64,000 bases of DNA from Callorhinchus milii (taxonomy: Eukaryota): the NCBI RefSeq assembly GCF_018977255.1, contig NW_024704742.1:64234001-64298000 (forward strand). Direction: 5' to 3'. Of the stretch, positions 13,156 through 24,870 are shown piece after piece. The first letter of the stretch is position 1, and each line of letters begins with the position of its first letter. The translations under genes and the position numbers were made by a program. The notes under the pieces were generated by a model, which ran no database searches, was not told the DNA's origin, and saw only the letters and a list, made by a program, of their open reading frames with translations.

Positions 13156-13877
13156 TCCCTGATTCCTGTACTGTCGTGATTGGAAATTAAATTTCCTAAA
13201 AGTGTACAGAGTAGTTTCAGATGAATGGGCAGGAGTTACATAAAAAATGCGGGGCGAGTTGTTGAAATGACAATGTGCAGACAGCTGGAACAAGGATAAA
13301 TGTTTAACAGGTATAATAACACTGCTCAGTGCTGGGCGCCTAGATAAATTTACACAAATGGCACCTGGGATGCAAATGTACATGGCAAATTGAATTAACA
13401 TGTTCAGTGTATAAAGGTCAAATCAATTTTGTGCAGAACAACGATACTTTTACTTCCAGGTTAGCGGAATTAATTCTCTTGGTGCCACAGCTTATCATCA
13501 TCAGAGTAAATTGGATCGGCGGTGTTATTGAACCTGATAGCCTGAATTAATAATGAGATGTGATCATTAACCCAGGGTGCTTCAGAGATCATGTAATTTC
13601 AATTGCTTATGTTAATTTTCCTCACGTTGTCAGACTGAATAATCAATCCTTCAAAACTGATTTCAGATCATCGAAGAAGTGAATAGAAATTAGATGGAGC
13701 AATGTTATGAAAATATTTTTTTTCCCGTGATCTTTGATGTTTTCAAAACAAAATTTTAAAGCGACTAATGGAATGGAACATTCCTAATGGATCGGTGAGT
13801 TTATCTCTTAACTAGCAGAGCTATGCAGAGCACACAGGTTGTAGGCCCAGCAATTGTGCTGAGTTAGCTGATCTATG

Positions 13878-14200
13878 TGTCAGCATGGCTCAATCTGTAG
13901 CACACTCACCTCTGAGACAGAAGGTTGTAGGTTCCCGACGTGAAAGGTGCTACACAAATGTAATCTTGTTGTTGTTGTTGTTCAAGCCACATTGGAACTT
14001 GTAACCTGCCTAGTCTAGGCTAATATTCTAATGGAAAGTCAGGGAGGTGCTCACTGTTGGAGATGCTGCTCTTCAGATGACATGTTAAAATTGACGTCTT
14101 GTTTGTTGAGGTGGACGTTAAAAAACACACGGCACTATTTAAAATGAGAAGGGAGGTATATACCTTTATCTAGTCAATAATCCCCCAGATAAAATTGGTC
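13878..14200 (+). mobile_element. Old Deu-type SINE with a nested L2 tail (~13934-13982)
   Basis: gtcagcatggctcaatctgtagcacactcacctctgag head; Deu-like cttcagatgacatgttaaa...ggtggacgttaaa...ggcactattt...cagataaaattggtc. Confidence 0.72.
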
Positions 14201-14201
14201 A

Positions 14202-14632
14202 TGGGAACAAGAGTAGGCCATTCAGCCTATTCCGTCATTCTATCAGATCATGGCTGATCTGTACCTCAGCTCCATTTGAAGCATTTTGAGATGTCTCGAA
14301 GACATGTTAATGCGCTATATCAAATGCAAGGGTTATTATTATTATCATTTACCCGCCTTTGCTCCATATCCCTTGATGCCCTGACCCAACAAACATTTAT
14401 CCATCTCAGGCTTGAAAATTCCAAATGATCCAGCATACACAGTCTTTTTGGGGAGAGAGTTCCAGATTTCCACTACTCTTTATGTGAAAAAAAGGTTTCC
14501 TGGCTTTACTCCTAACTGGCCTAGCTCTTCTTTTAAGATTCTACCCCTCGTTCTTGATTCCCTCACCAGACAAAACAGTTTCTTTGTAGCTACACTTCTC
14601 ATCATTTTTCATTTTAAACACCTCAATTAGAA
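14202..14632 (-). mobile_element. CR1-type LINE 3' end with a SINE tail inserted (~14278-14345)
   Basis: gagtaggccattcagcc..gatcatggctgatc..tttgctccatatccc..gagagttccagatttccac. The short sequence cattt is repeated on both sides of the nested SINE tail. Confidence 0.72.
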
Positions 14633-14994
14633 CAACTACAAAAAATTGCATTTGCCTTTCATGTTGGGAGAATGTCCCAAGGTTCCTGAACAGTCAAGGT
14701 GCTGCACCCAAGCTGTGGGCTGGAGTCAAGAGGGGGTGACAGCAAGGGGAGGGGAAGTGGGCAGATGACAGAAGGCGTGGTCTTGAGACATGTCTTGAAG
14801 AGACAAAGGAGAGGGTGAGGCAGAGGGGCTCCGGAATGGAGCTCCAGTGGATGAAAGCCAGGCGAGGATGGGGGTGATCGGCTCACGGAGCTTAGTGTGG
14901 GAAAGGACATGAGCTGCAGAGTTCTGAATAATCTGCAGTTTGTAGAGGGAAGAATTGGGAAGACCGGTGAGCAGCGAGTTGACATAGTCAATGT
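14630..14994 (-). mobile_element. Old internally deleted L2 fragment
   Basis: (CAA)-like tail, degenerate stem-loop, and gagctgcagagttctgaataatctgcag (reverse complement encodes LQIIQNSAA). Confidence 0.78.
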
Positions 14995-15373
14995 GGAGTA
15001 CTGTAGCTTAGTGGTTATAGCACTAGCCTCGCAAGCGAGTGAACCTAAGTTTGATTCCTGGCAGGGCAAAACTTTGGGAAAGTTTCCTTACTCCACACGC
15101 CTCTGTTTACCTAGCATTGAGTAAAAGCCCTGTTGTTAGTCGATTGGCACATCGTTTTCCTGGCGTAATAAACCCTTCAAAAAAAATTATAATAATTTGG
15201 ACACTCAATCCACGATTGTTTGTGGGACACTGTTGTGCGCAATTGGATTTTGTGTTTCACTCACAAAATATACAGTTAATTCACTTTACAGTATATTCCG
15301 TGAAGCGCTTTGAGATGCCTCAAAGACGTGATAAGGTGCTATATCAAATGCAATAATTATTATTATTATTGTT
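14995..15373 (+). mobile_element. tRNA-headed SINE, subfamily B
   Basis: Head with loop CTCGCAA, internal B block, L2-like tail and (TTA)n. Confidence 0.9.
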
Positions 15374-15882
15374 ATAACAGTCAATCCTGGATGTTATGAA
15401 AGCATGGATCAGGGTCTCGGCAGCCTGAGGGGAGAGGTAGTGGTGGATGCGAGAATGTTACGGCGCTGAAGGAAAGCAAAATGGGTCATGGCATGGATGG
15501 GTAGTGTAAGCAAATGTGATGGATATTTTGTGAATATCAAGATTCCTCCAACAGATATGAAGCAAGTGATTAGTTTATCCGATGGACACTGGTGTAGGAA
15601 CTTTATAAACAACCTGAAAAAGCAATGGAGCCTCAGTGTGAAATCTCATTCAAAGGACGGACAACGGAAAAAGAATCCATTGAATAAGTGAGGGATATGG
15701 ATTCCATGAGGCTATGATGAAAATTCTACCAGACCAGCAAAAACTATCTTTACACCTGTTATTTTGCTGTTGTCGAATGTATATAATATTCTGTCCCTTC
15801 CTAGCCCTCAGGAACCTGAATGCTTTCATTACCAGGAAAAATATTCAAGAGAGTTGCTTACTAATGCATCTGTGAACATCTA

Positions 15883-15965
15883 GTGTTGTTCTTTGTGTCT
15901 GTGTGTGTGTGTCCCTGTTGTGTGTGTATCTATGCATGTGTGTCTATGTGGGTGTGTCTCTGTGT
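15883..15965. repeat. Degenerate (TG)n microsatellite
   Basis: Imperfect tgtgtg runs directly upstream of a SINE. Confidence 0.8.
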
Positions 15966-16269
15966 GAAGTCCTTTAGCTCAGTGGTTAGAGCACTCGCTT
16001 TGCAAGCGAGACACCTGGGTTCAATTCCAGGCAGGACGAAACCTTGGGCAAGTTTCCTTACTCCACACACCTAATAATAATCCCTCCAAAAACCAAAAAA
16101 CAATAATAAACTGGTCATTTTCAATCCACGACTGTTTGTGGGACACTGCGTTGCGCAATTGCCTGCTGCACTTCGCCCGCTTCAATTCACTTTACAGTAT
16201 ATTCTGTGAAGCGCTTTAAGATGTCTAGAAGACATGAAAAGCGCTATATCAAATGCAAGGATTATTATT
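15966..16269 (+). mobile_element. SINE subfamily A (somewhat diverged)
   Basis: A and B boxes, ctcgctttgcaagcgag stem-loop, no B block, L2-like tail. Confidence 0.9.
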
Positions 16270-16338
16270 CAGCGCCTTGGGACGGGCTCCCGATGTGAAA
16301 GGCGCTACACAAATGTAATCTTCTTGTTGTTGTTGTTG
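16270..16338 (+). mobile_element. L2 tail-only insertion
   Basis: cagcgccttgggacgggctcccgatgtgaaaggcgc..aaatgtaatc(ttg)n. It begins exactly at the 5' base of the terminal stem-loop. Confidence 0.85.
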
Positions 16339-17149
16339 CTCGTGTCTGGTCTATGAATAATTCGGACATGGCTGCTGTATCGTTATTCTGAAAAGCTGCA
16401 ACACGGCTGAAAGATAACTGGTTGACCTAAAAGCCACAAATGTTTTATGCAATGTAAACACTGGTCAGATACATTGACTCCAGAGTATCAAACATTCAAG
16501 CATGCCAACTTGTATTCAAAGTTCTGGTTACAACCCCTAATAATCATAGCACAGGGTGTTAGGCTGCAAACCAGAGTTCACTTTCAGAATGAGAATAATA
16601 AGTGAAAATCAATTAGTTCAGTTTACCAAGAATAGAGTGTTTGAAACAAACCATGGAATTTATGAGAATTTAATGCATGTGATTCCCTCCCTTTCAGATT
16701 CAGCAGCAACATCAAGCACCCTTTTTTAAGGTCAATTGATAGAATCAAAAATAGAATCTTAATTATATATGTTTGAATATATTTTTTAAAAATTAGTAAT
16801 GCAGAGATGTTTCACCCACAAAATATACAGTCAATCCACTTTGAAATGTTTCAACAATGTGAAAAGGTGCTATATCAAATGTTAAGAATTATTATTAATG
16901 TTATTATATTAGTTTTTAACATTAATTCTGAAAACCTAAAATTAATTATGAAAATGTATCTGCCATGTAACCACATGAAATCTTACTAGTTATTTCTCAG
17001 TAGCAGTTGAAGCTTGTTCAGAAAGTGGTTATATCTCAACCTCATTCATCAAATTCATGTGGATTTTTTTCTTTCACTTCTAGAATCCTGTTCTCGAATC
17101 CTTTAATTGTCTCCTTTTTGGGACTTCTTTATCCAAACCATTCTGGTGA

Positions 17150-17360
17150 AACAATAACAAATTGCATTTGTATAGCGCCTTTTACATTGACTGTCGCACT
17201 GGACAGTCAAGGGTTTGATTGAAGGAAGCAAGGGAGAGCGCAAGGCGAAGCAATTCCGGGATGGAGTTCCAGAGGGTCTGGGCAGAAACGCTGAAGACCC
17301 GATCACTAATAGTGGAGCAGGCAGGGCAGGGGACATGGAGCAGGCCATGGTTGGCAAGGT
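17150..17360 (-). mobile_element. Old L2 3' fragment
   Basis: aacaataacaaattgcatttgtatagcgcc tail plus gatggagttccagagg..gggacatggagcagg, shared with the L2 3' region. Confidence 0.75.
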
Positions 17361-17814
17361 TTCTTCAGACATCCTTCAGACAAGAAAGCCACTATATTAA
17401 ATGCAAGGATCATTTTTTTTAAATTCTGAGCAAGTTTCCGTGCTTCTTTGAGGTGGAAGAATATGTGAAAAACAATCATTGTAGAACTTCAATGAGAATA
17501 GGTGTTGGCCTACAAAATAAACAGTCACTACACTACAATAAATCATGTGAAGCACTTTGAGACATCATGCCAATGTGAAATTTCTATATTAAATGGAAGA
17601 GTTATGCTTAATATAATAGGATATATTTTAGAATGAATTAGGACAGTACAATAGGAAATTAACTTAATGATTGCTTCCATAGTATGCTCTACAGTAGTCC
17701 TTAGCTGCCTTTTCCAGGAGATGTAGACTCTCATCAAATCACATTACCAAATTAGTCACATTATTATTAGTAATATTATCATAGTAATAGTCAGGGAATC
17801 AATGTAGAAGGCAA

Positions 17815-18150
17815 ACTCCAATGCAGTACTAGGGGAGCACTGCATTGTTGGAGGTGACATCCTTCAGATGAGATGTTAATGTTCCATTGGCTGATCATGA
17901 AGACATTAAAGACCTCACAACACTATTTGAAAAGAGAAGGGACTCTAACCTGGTATCCTGCCCAATAATGCCCTAAATAAAATTTGTCATTCACTTTCAT
18001 GGCTGTTTGCAGGACAACTGTGTGCACGTTGGATATTGCTTTTGCCTACATAATACACACAGTCACTACACTTTACAGTAAAATCCTGTGAATCACTTTG
18101 AGATATCCTCGCAAGGCAAAAGGCGCTATATCAAATGGAAGTTATTATCA
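17815..18150 (+). mobile_element. Old Deu-type SINE, head missing
   Basis: ccttcagatgagatgttaa...cattaaagacctcacaacactatttgaaaagagaaggg...tail aaaggcgctatatcaaatgg. Confidence 0.75.
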
Positions 18151-19114
18151 TAATTTGTTGACCTTCTCTCAGCTCCTGGCCAGCTAAGATCATTGGATAT
18201 TGATCTGGAGTTATTTTGAGAATACCCACAAGATCACAAGATTGTCTGGACCAGTGTCTTGGGATGTCCTTCCGACATGAGAGGCACTATGTAAATGTAA
18301 TTCATTGTTGTTGAGCCCATCCAATCTCATCTCTCCAGAACATCCACTCTATCATTTCCTCCATCACTGCATCAAACTGCTTTTTAAATGAGTTCATTGT
18401 TGTACATCTCTATGAGGTCCCCTCTGAATTGGAGTGGGGAGACCGAAGAGCCTTAGCATGTCTAGTCATTGCTCACAACTCATTCCTCTGACATAGGGAT
18501 TATCCTCAGAATAACGTCTGGGAATCAAAATGCAACTGATTAGCAATATAGCCCAGCATCCTATCTGCCTTGGTTATTGCTGCCTCATGTTGCTTCACAA
18601 AGTGGCATTGTCCATTCATACAGATGGATTTACACTTAGATCCCCACCTCCCAGTCTCATTGCTCTGTTGTGTCCCAAATCTATCATTAACATCTGCTTG
18701 TAATTATGACATTAATATCATATACTTTAAAAGATTCTGCATCAGAGCTGGGATTAGATGAGCAAGATACTTTTTCCATACAAAGGGAAATTTCCATACA
18801 CATTTGGAGCTCTCACTAGTCTGATTTGGATATTCTTAAGCATCGCGATGGGTTTCTATGATGCATATCATAAATCATAAATTGGTCACTTTGATCCACG
18901 ACTATTCATGGGACACTGCTCTGCATAATGCAGGTTTCGCCCACAAATATATAGTCAATTCACTTTACAGTATATTCTGTGACGTGCTTTGAGACATTAA
19001 GAAGACATGAAAAGTGCTATATCAAATGCAAGAATTCTTATTATATATTGTTATATATCAGACACTTGGCTGACTGAGAAAACACAAAACAAATAGCTCA
19101 AATGAGCAGGGCAG

Positions 19115-19243
19115 GGACGTATAACCTCTCAGTTCTGGGATCATCCTTGTGAATCTCCTTTGCATCCTCTCCAGTGCCTCTCCATCCCTTCTATCATGCG
19201 GGGACCAGAACTGTACACAGTATTCTAAGTGTGGTCTAACCAA
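19115..19243 (-). mobile_element. CR1-type LINE RT fragment
   Basis: [33 protein letters not shown], a canonical CR1 ORF2 motif. Confidence 0.9.
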
Positions 19244-19476
19244 CCAATTTCGATTTCCAGCATTCCTGCTTAAATTTCAGATTTCCAGTCTTCAGCTTTT
19301 ATTTCTATGTAAACTATGGCTTTGGTATAATGTTTCCTTATACTTCCAATGAGTTTGTTCTTCTGATTGCTGTAGATATCTATTTACAATGCTGTCTACA
19401 ACACTCCGTCTCCTAAACCAAGTGAGCTATTTGTTTTGTGTTTACAATGGGTTTCCTCACTAACAACAAATTACAT

Positions 19477-19800
19477 GTCTCAAAGCGCTTCACAGAATAT
19501 ACTGTAAAGTGAATTGATTGTATATTTTGTGGACGAAATGCAGCAGCCAAATGCGTATAGCAGTGTCCCACAAACAGTCGTGGATTGAGTGACCAAATTA
19601 TTTTTATTTATTTTGATGAAGAATTATTACCCCCGGAAAAGCGATCCGCCAATCGACTCACAACAGGGTTCCTGCTTACTGCTAGGTAAATAGAGGTGTA
19701 TGGAGTAAGGAAACTTACCCAACATTTCGCACTGCCGGGAATCAAACTTAGATCCTCTCACTTGTGAGCTGAGTGCTCTAACCACTAAGCTACAGGACTC
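19477..19800 (-). mobile_element. SINE subfamily B nested inside an L2 tail (19463-19843)
   Basis: The host tail aacaacaaattacat|...|ttgttcagcacctttcacattgggaggacatctcaaggtgctg is split by the SINE. Confidence 0.88.
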
Positions 19801-20469
19801 TTGTTCAGCACCTTTCACATTGGGAGGACATCTCAAGGTGCTGATTAAACACACAATGAGAAGGTTGTTTTGCGCAGTGGTTGGTGCCTGATAGTCCCCA
19901 ACATCTTAACTTCTGTGTGTTTCTTGTTATCATGTCATTTCAATATTGAAAAATCCATGAATAAAAAGTCTAAATGTGTGCATGCAATGAGTTTCTAATA
20001 TAATAATTAATACAGATAATAATGCTTGCATTTGATATGGCGCCTTTCACATCAGGAGAATATCTCAAAGAGCTTAACAAGATTTACTTTAAAGTGTAGT
20101 GACTGTGTATTTTATAGGCAAAGGTGCCCCTCATTTTATTGTTAAATATACCACTCTCATCAATCCCTGACGTTTCCAATTTAGGAAATGAATGATAGCT
20201 ACATCATTTTCAGAGATGAATTATTTTTAATCCCTGTGTGACGTGGATATTGTGTGAAAGGTAATAATGTCACTTTGCAGATTTGTGATGCCTTTAAGGC
20301 TGAAAATATGAGATTAAACATTTTCTGATATCTTGTTGGGAGATGTTTCTGAATTGTAATAAATTTTAACCATTTTATGTGCGATGGAAATGTCACCCTT
20401 TTGTTTTAATTGTTTATATAAATGATGTCAATGGTGTGGGAGGATCAGTTCTACTTCAAACCTCAGCTT

Positions 20470-21145
20470 AACAACAAATAACAACAACAAATTGCATTTA
20501 TATATCACCTTTCATGTCAGGAGGACTTCCCAAGGCGCTGGACAGTGAAGGGTTTGCACTCGAGCTGGAGACTCCAGTTAAGAGGGGTAGAGGACAAGGG
20601 CAGTGGAGGTGGGAAAATGAGCAAAGGCGCAGTCGAAGAGGAAGGTCTTGAGATGGGTCTTGAAGGAGGCAAGGGAAGGGAGTGAGGTGGAGGGGCTCCG
20701 GGATAGAGTTCCAGAGGTTAGGGGGGCAGAACGGTTGAAGGCCTGACCTCCGAAGGTGGAGTGAGCAGGGCAGGGGACATGGAGCAGGCCAGTGCCCGCT
20801 GAGCAGAGGGAGTGGACAGGTAGGTAAAGGCCGCAGAAGTAGGAAGGAGCAAGACGATGGAGGGATTTAAAGGTGAGGATCTTGAACTCGATCCTCTGGG
20901 AATGGGGAGCCAGTAAAGCCAGGCGAGATGGGGGTGATCAGCTCACAGAGTTTAGTGTGTGAGAGGACCCAAGCTGCAGAGTTCTGAATAATCTACAGCT
21001 TTTAGAAGTCCAATGAGGAGGGAGTTAGCATAGTCAAGCCCAGATGTGATGAAGGTGTTGCAGCCTGAGGGTAGAGGTAGTGGCGGAAGTGGTCAATGCA
21101 GCAGAGGTGGGGGAAGGCAGAACAGGTCATGGCATGGATGTGGGC
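20470..21145 (-). mobile_element. Older L2 3' fragment
   Basis: (CAA)n tail, stem-loop, and a purine-rich body colinear with the L2 3' ORF2/UTR. Confidence 0.85.
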
Positions 21146-21672
21146 TTTGTTGGTAGCATTCTGAGTTATCATGTTTCTCTGAATCAGAAGGTTGTGGATT
21201 CAAGTCCCACTTTGGGACTTGTATTCCTATAATCTATGCTGACACTCCAATGCAGTGCTGAGAGGAATGGGGTGGGGGTTGGGGAGGTTGCACCGTCGGA
21301 GGTCCAGTCCTTTGTATGAGATGTTAAACTGAGGTCCCGTCCATCTATCCAGGTGGACATTAAAGATCCCAGGCACTATTCGAAAACAGCAATTATTCTT
21401 CTGGTTGCTGTAGATAGCTATTCATAACATAGTCTAAGGCTCTCTGTCTGCTAAAACAAATGGGCTATTTGTTCTTGGTTTACAATAGGATTCTCTGCTA
21501 TAAACACACAATGAGAAGGTTGTGTCCTGGGCAAAAATCCCCCAAATAAAATTGGTCAATCACTGCAAGTCTAATTATGGGACATCACTGTATGCAAATT
21601 GACTGCCATGTTCACTGACAGTTGCACCACTTTGCAGTATGTACTGTGAAGCACGTTGAGACGTTTCAACAG
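21145..21672 (+). mobile_element. Old Deu-type SINE carrying a 128-bp foreign insert
   Basis: ctctgaatcagaaggttgtggattcaagtcc head, Deu block gatgttaaactgaggtcccg...taaagatcccaggcactattcgaaa, then an insert at 21396-21523, then gtcctgggcaaaaatccccc...tail. Confidence 0.8.
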
Positions 21673-22134
21673 CACACTTTGCCAATATAACTGATTTTCC
21701 ATAAATAAATTAAAGCTGCCTCATTCTGGCATCTTTCTTACAGAAAATGTAAAAATATATTTCAATATTACTGCAGCATTCGCTTTCATTTACATAAGAA
21801 CATAAGAAATGCTAGATGAGAAAAGACCAAGGTCCATCTAGGTCGCCTTCCACCTTACTGGCGGTTGCATGCACATATGTCCCAAACTACCTATGTATTG
21901 TATCAAAGTTCATTAAAAAACATTTCCTCTATTTTTCTAATAAAATTATTAAAATGAGATGTATTCGATATGAATTATTCTGAAGTGTTTTGTTTTGTTC
22001 TTTTGTAGGTAAATGTGGCAGCTAATTTTAACCATCATCAGCCCACAAAAGCAACAAGATAAATGACCATTTTTGCTTTTTGAATATGAATGAAATAATC
22101 ATAATTATAATCATAATAATCCTTCTATTTGATA

Positions 22135-22779
22135 AACAACAATAACAACAAGACTACATTTGTATAGTACCTTTCACGAGGGCTTTGTATGTAAGGACCA
22201 GGATCTTGAACTGGATCCTCTGAAGGATAGGGAACCAGTGGAGTTGGCGAGAGTGGGGAGATGGGGTCACAGAGTTTGGTGCGGGAGAGGACACGGGCTG
22301 CAGTGTTCTGGATTATCTGCAGCCTGTGGAGGAGGAGTTGGGAAGGCCAACAAGCAGGGTGTTTGCATAGTCGAGCCTGGAGGTGATGAAGGCAAGAGTT
22401 TCAGCGGCCTGAGGGGTGAGGTAGTGGCGGAGTTCGGCGATGTTATGGAGGTGAGTGAAGGCAGAGTGGGTCGTGGCTTGGATGTGGGGAAGAAAAGGCT
22501 TGAGGGTCGAACAAGACACCTGGGTTCCTGACTGGCGGTGAGTTGCAGTGTGCAACCATGGAGATTGATGTTGCCAGAGCCTGAGGTGCTGAGGCGCTGG
22601 CGCGAGTCAATCTGGAGGGCCTCAGTCTTGTTCACATTCAACTGTAGGAAATTTGCCCTCATCCAGGACTTGATGTCCGACAGGCAGTCTGTCAGGACAG
22701 CAGTGGTCCTGGAGTTGAGGGTGGAAGCAGAAAGATAGAGTTGGGTGTCATCCACATACATATGGAAGTTGACCCCATA
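22135..22779 (-). mobile_element. L2 fragment with internal deletion
   Basis: ORF 22267-22803 contains [31 protein letters not shown]. The tail is joined directly to the internal ORF2 region. Confidence 0.9.
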
Positions 22780-22781
22780 AT

Positions 22782-23078
22782 ATAATAATAATAATCCTTG
22801 CATTTGATATAGCGCTTTTCACGTCAGGAGGACGTCCCAAAGCGCTTCACAGAACACACTGTAAAGTGAATTGACTGTATATTTGTGGGCGAACGCGGCA
22901 GCCAATTGCGCACAGCAATGTCCCACAAACAGTCATAGATTGAAAATAACCAATTTATTATTTTTTTTTGTTTTTTTGGAGGGTTTATTATTAGGCGTGT
23001 GGAGTAAGGAAACTTGCCCAAGGTTTCGCCCTGCCTGGAATTGAACTCAGGTCTCTCGCTTGCAAAGCGAGTGCTCTA
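22782..23078 (-). mobile_element. Young SINE subfamily A (first ~20 nt missing)
   Basis: Near-identical to 7235-7562; abuts the tail of the L2 at 23079. Confidence 0.93.
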
Positions 23079-24870
23079 CAACAACAACAACAACAACAAG
23101 ATTCCATTTATAAAGCGCCTTTCACGTCAGGAGGACGTCCCAAGGCGCTGCACAGTTGGGTCATGACCCGAGCAGGGGGGAAATGGTCAGGGTGAGGGGA
23201 GGGAAGGGAGGGAGCGAGGAGGGGGAAGAGAGTCGAGAGGGGAGCTGAAGGCACGGTCAAAGAGAAAGGTTTTGAGACCGGCCTTGAAGGAGGAAAGGGA
23301 GGAAGCGGCGAAGGCACTGGGGGATAGAGTTCCAGAGCCTGGGGGCTGAGAGGCTGAAGGCCCGACCACCGATGGTAGGGCGGTTGGGGCGGGGACGTGG
23401 AGCAGACCGGAGCCAGAGGAACGGAGGGTACGGGCAGGTAAGTAGGGGGATAGTAGGTTGGAGAGGTAGGAGGGAGCAAGGCCGTCAATGGCCTTGTAGG
23501 TGAGGATGAGGATCTTGAAATCAATCCTCTGGGGGATGGGGAGCCAGTGGAGGCGAGCGAGGGTGGGAGTGATGTGATCGCGAAGCCTGGTGCAGGACAG
23601 TACACGAGCTGCAGAGTTCTGAATGACCTGCAGTGTGGAGGGAGGTGGCGGGAAGGCCGACGAGGAGAGAGTTCCCATAGTCCAGCCTTGAGTCTGGCGA
23701 TGTTCCGGAGGTGATGGAAGGCGGTGCCAGTTGTGGTGCGGATGTGAGGGAGAAAGGACAGCTCAGGGTCGAACAAAACGCCGAGGTTCCTGACTGGCAT
23801 GTCACCACGGGGGAGCATGTAGATATTAAAGAGGAGAGGGCCAAGGACAGAGCCCTGGGGGTTGCCAGGCGTGACAGTGCGGGGGCTGGAGGAAAAACCA
23901 TTAGAGGCAACAAAATGGAGACGGTGAGAGAGATAGGAATCGAACCAGGCAAGGGCAGGTCCATGAAGATTGAGTAAAACGGAGAGGTGGTGTATGAGGA
24001 TGGAGTGGTCGACAGTGTCGAAGGCGGCAAAGAGGTCGAGGAGGACAAAGAGGCAGAGGCAGCCCTGATCACAGATGTTCAGAAGGTCATTGGTGACTTT
24101 GACCAGAGCTGTTTCTGTGCTGTGGGCAGCGAGGAAGCCGGATTGGAGGGGTTCAAAGAGGGAATGGCAAGATAGAAAGGAGCGGAGCTGGGACGCGACG
24201 ACTCATTCCAGGACCTTGGAGAGGAATGGGAGCTTAGAGATGGGGCAATAGCTGGAAAGGAGGGATGGATCCAGGGAAGGTTTTTTTAGGATGGGGGTGA
24301 TGACGGCTGTTTTTAAGGGGCTGGGAACTGGTTACAGGGAGAGGTTGATGGCATCGGACTGGCGGGGGGGGGGCCAGAAGGTGGAGCTGGGAGATGAGGA
24401 GAGAGAAGGGGATGGGGTCGAGGGACCAGGTGGTGGGTTTGAGTTTGCGGACAGTGATGGTGAGGGAGGAGGGAGATATAGGGTCGAAGGAGTATGTGGG
24501 GGGGAGTTGGGTGGGGGATGGGTCATGAGGGAGAGGTGATGTGGAGGTGGCTGTGGACGGGGCTAAGGTGGCTGAACATATCCCCTCGATTTTAGATTCA
24601 AGGAAGTCCAGCATCTCCTCACTGTTGGAATTTGAGGAGAGGATGGGCGAGGTAAGGGAAGGTGAATGGAGGAGATGGTTTGTGGTAGAAAAGGGAAGCC
24701 GGGTTTGTCCTTTGCCTCCAAGATAACCTTGGAGTGGAAGGAGGATTTGGCGGAGGCAAGAGCACAGTGGTAGGTCTTGGTGGGGTGAAGCCAAATCTGC
24801 CGATGGACCTTTAATTTGGATTTGTTCCATGCGTGTTCGACAGCTCGCACTTGTGCCTTGAGGCTGATGG
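23079..24870 (-). mobile_element. L2-clade LINE, subfamily 2, longest copy, with internal deletions
   Basis: [27 protein letters not shown] (ORF 23187-23678), RT N-terminal remnants and a (TTG)n tail. The YADD-containing segment is deleted near 23800. Confidence 0.93.

Noticed and set aside
13460..13800. Coding exon after the acceptor-like tttacttccAG
   Set aside because: The frame following the acceptor stops after about 23 codons and no recognisable peptide results, so it is treated as non-coding.
22135..24870. One rearranged L2 in which the YADD segment missing from the 23079 copy was moved to 22530-22779
   Set aside because: The two pieces overlap in the downstream region, differ in sequence there, and each has its own tail, so two separate insertions is simpler.
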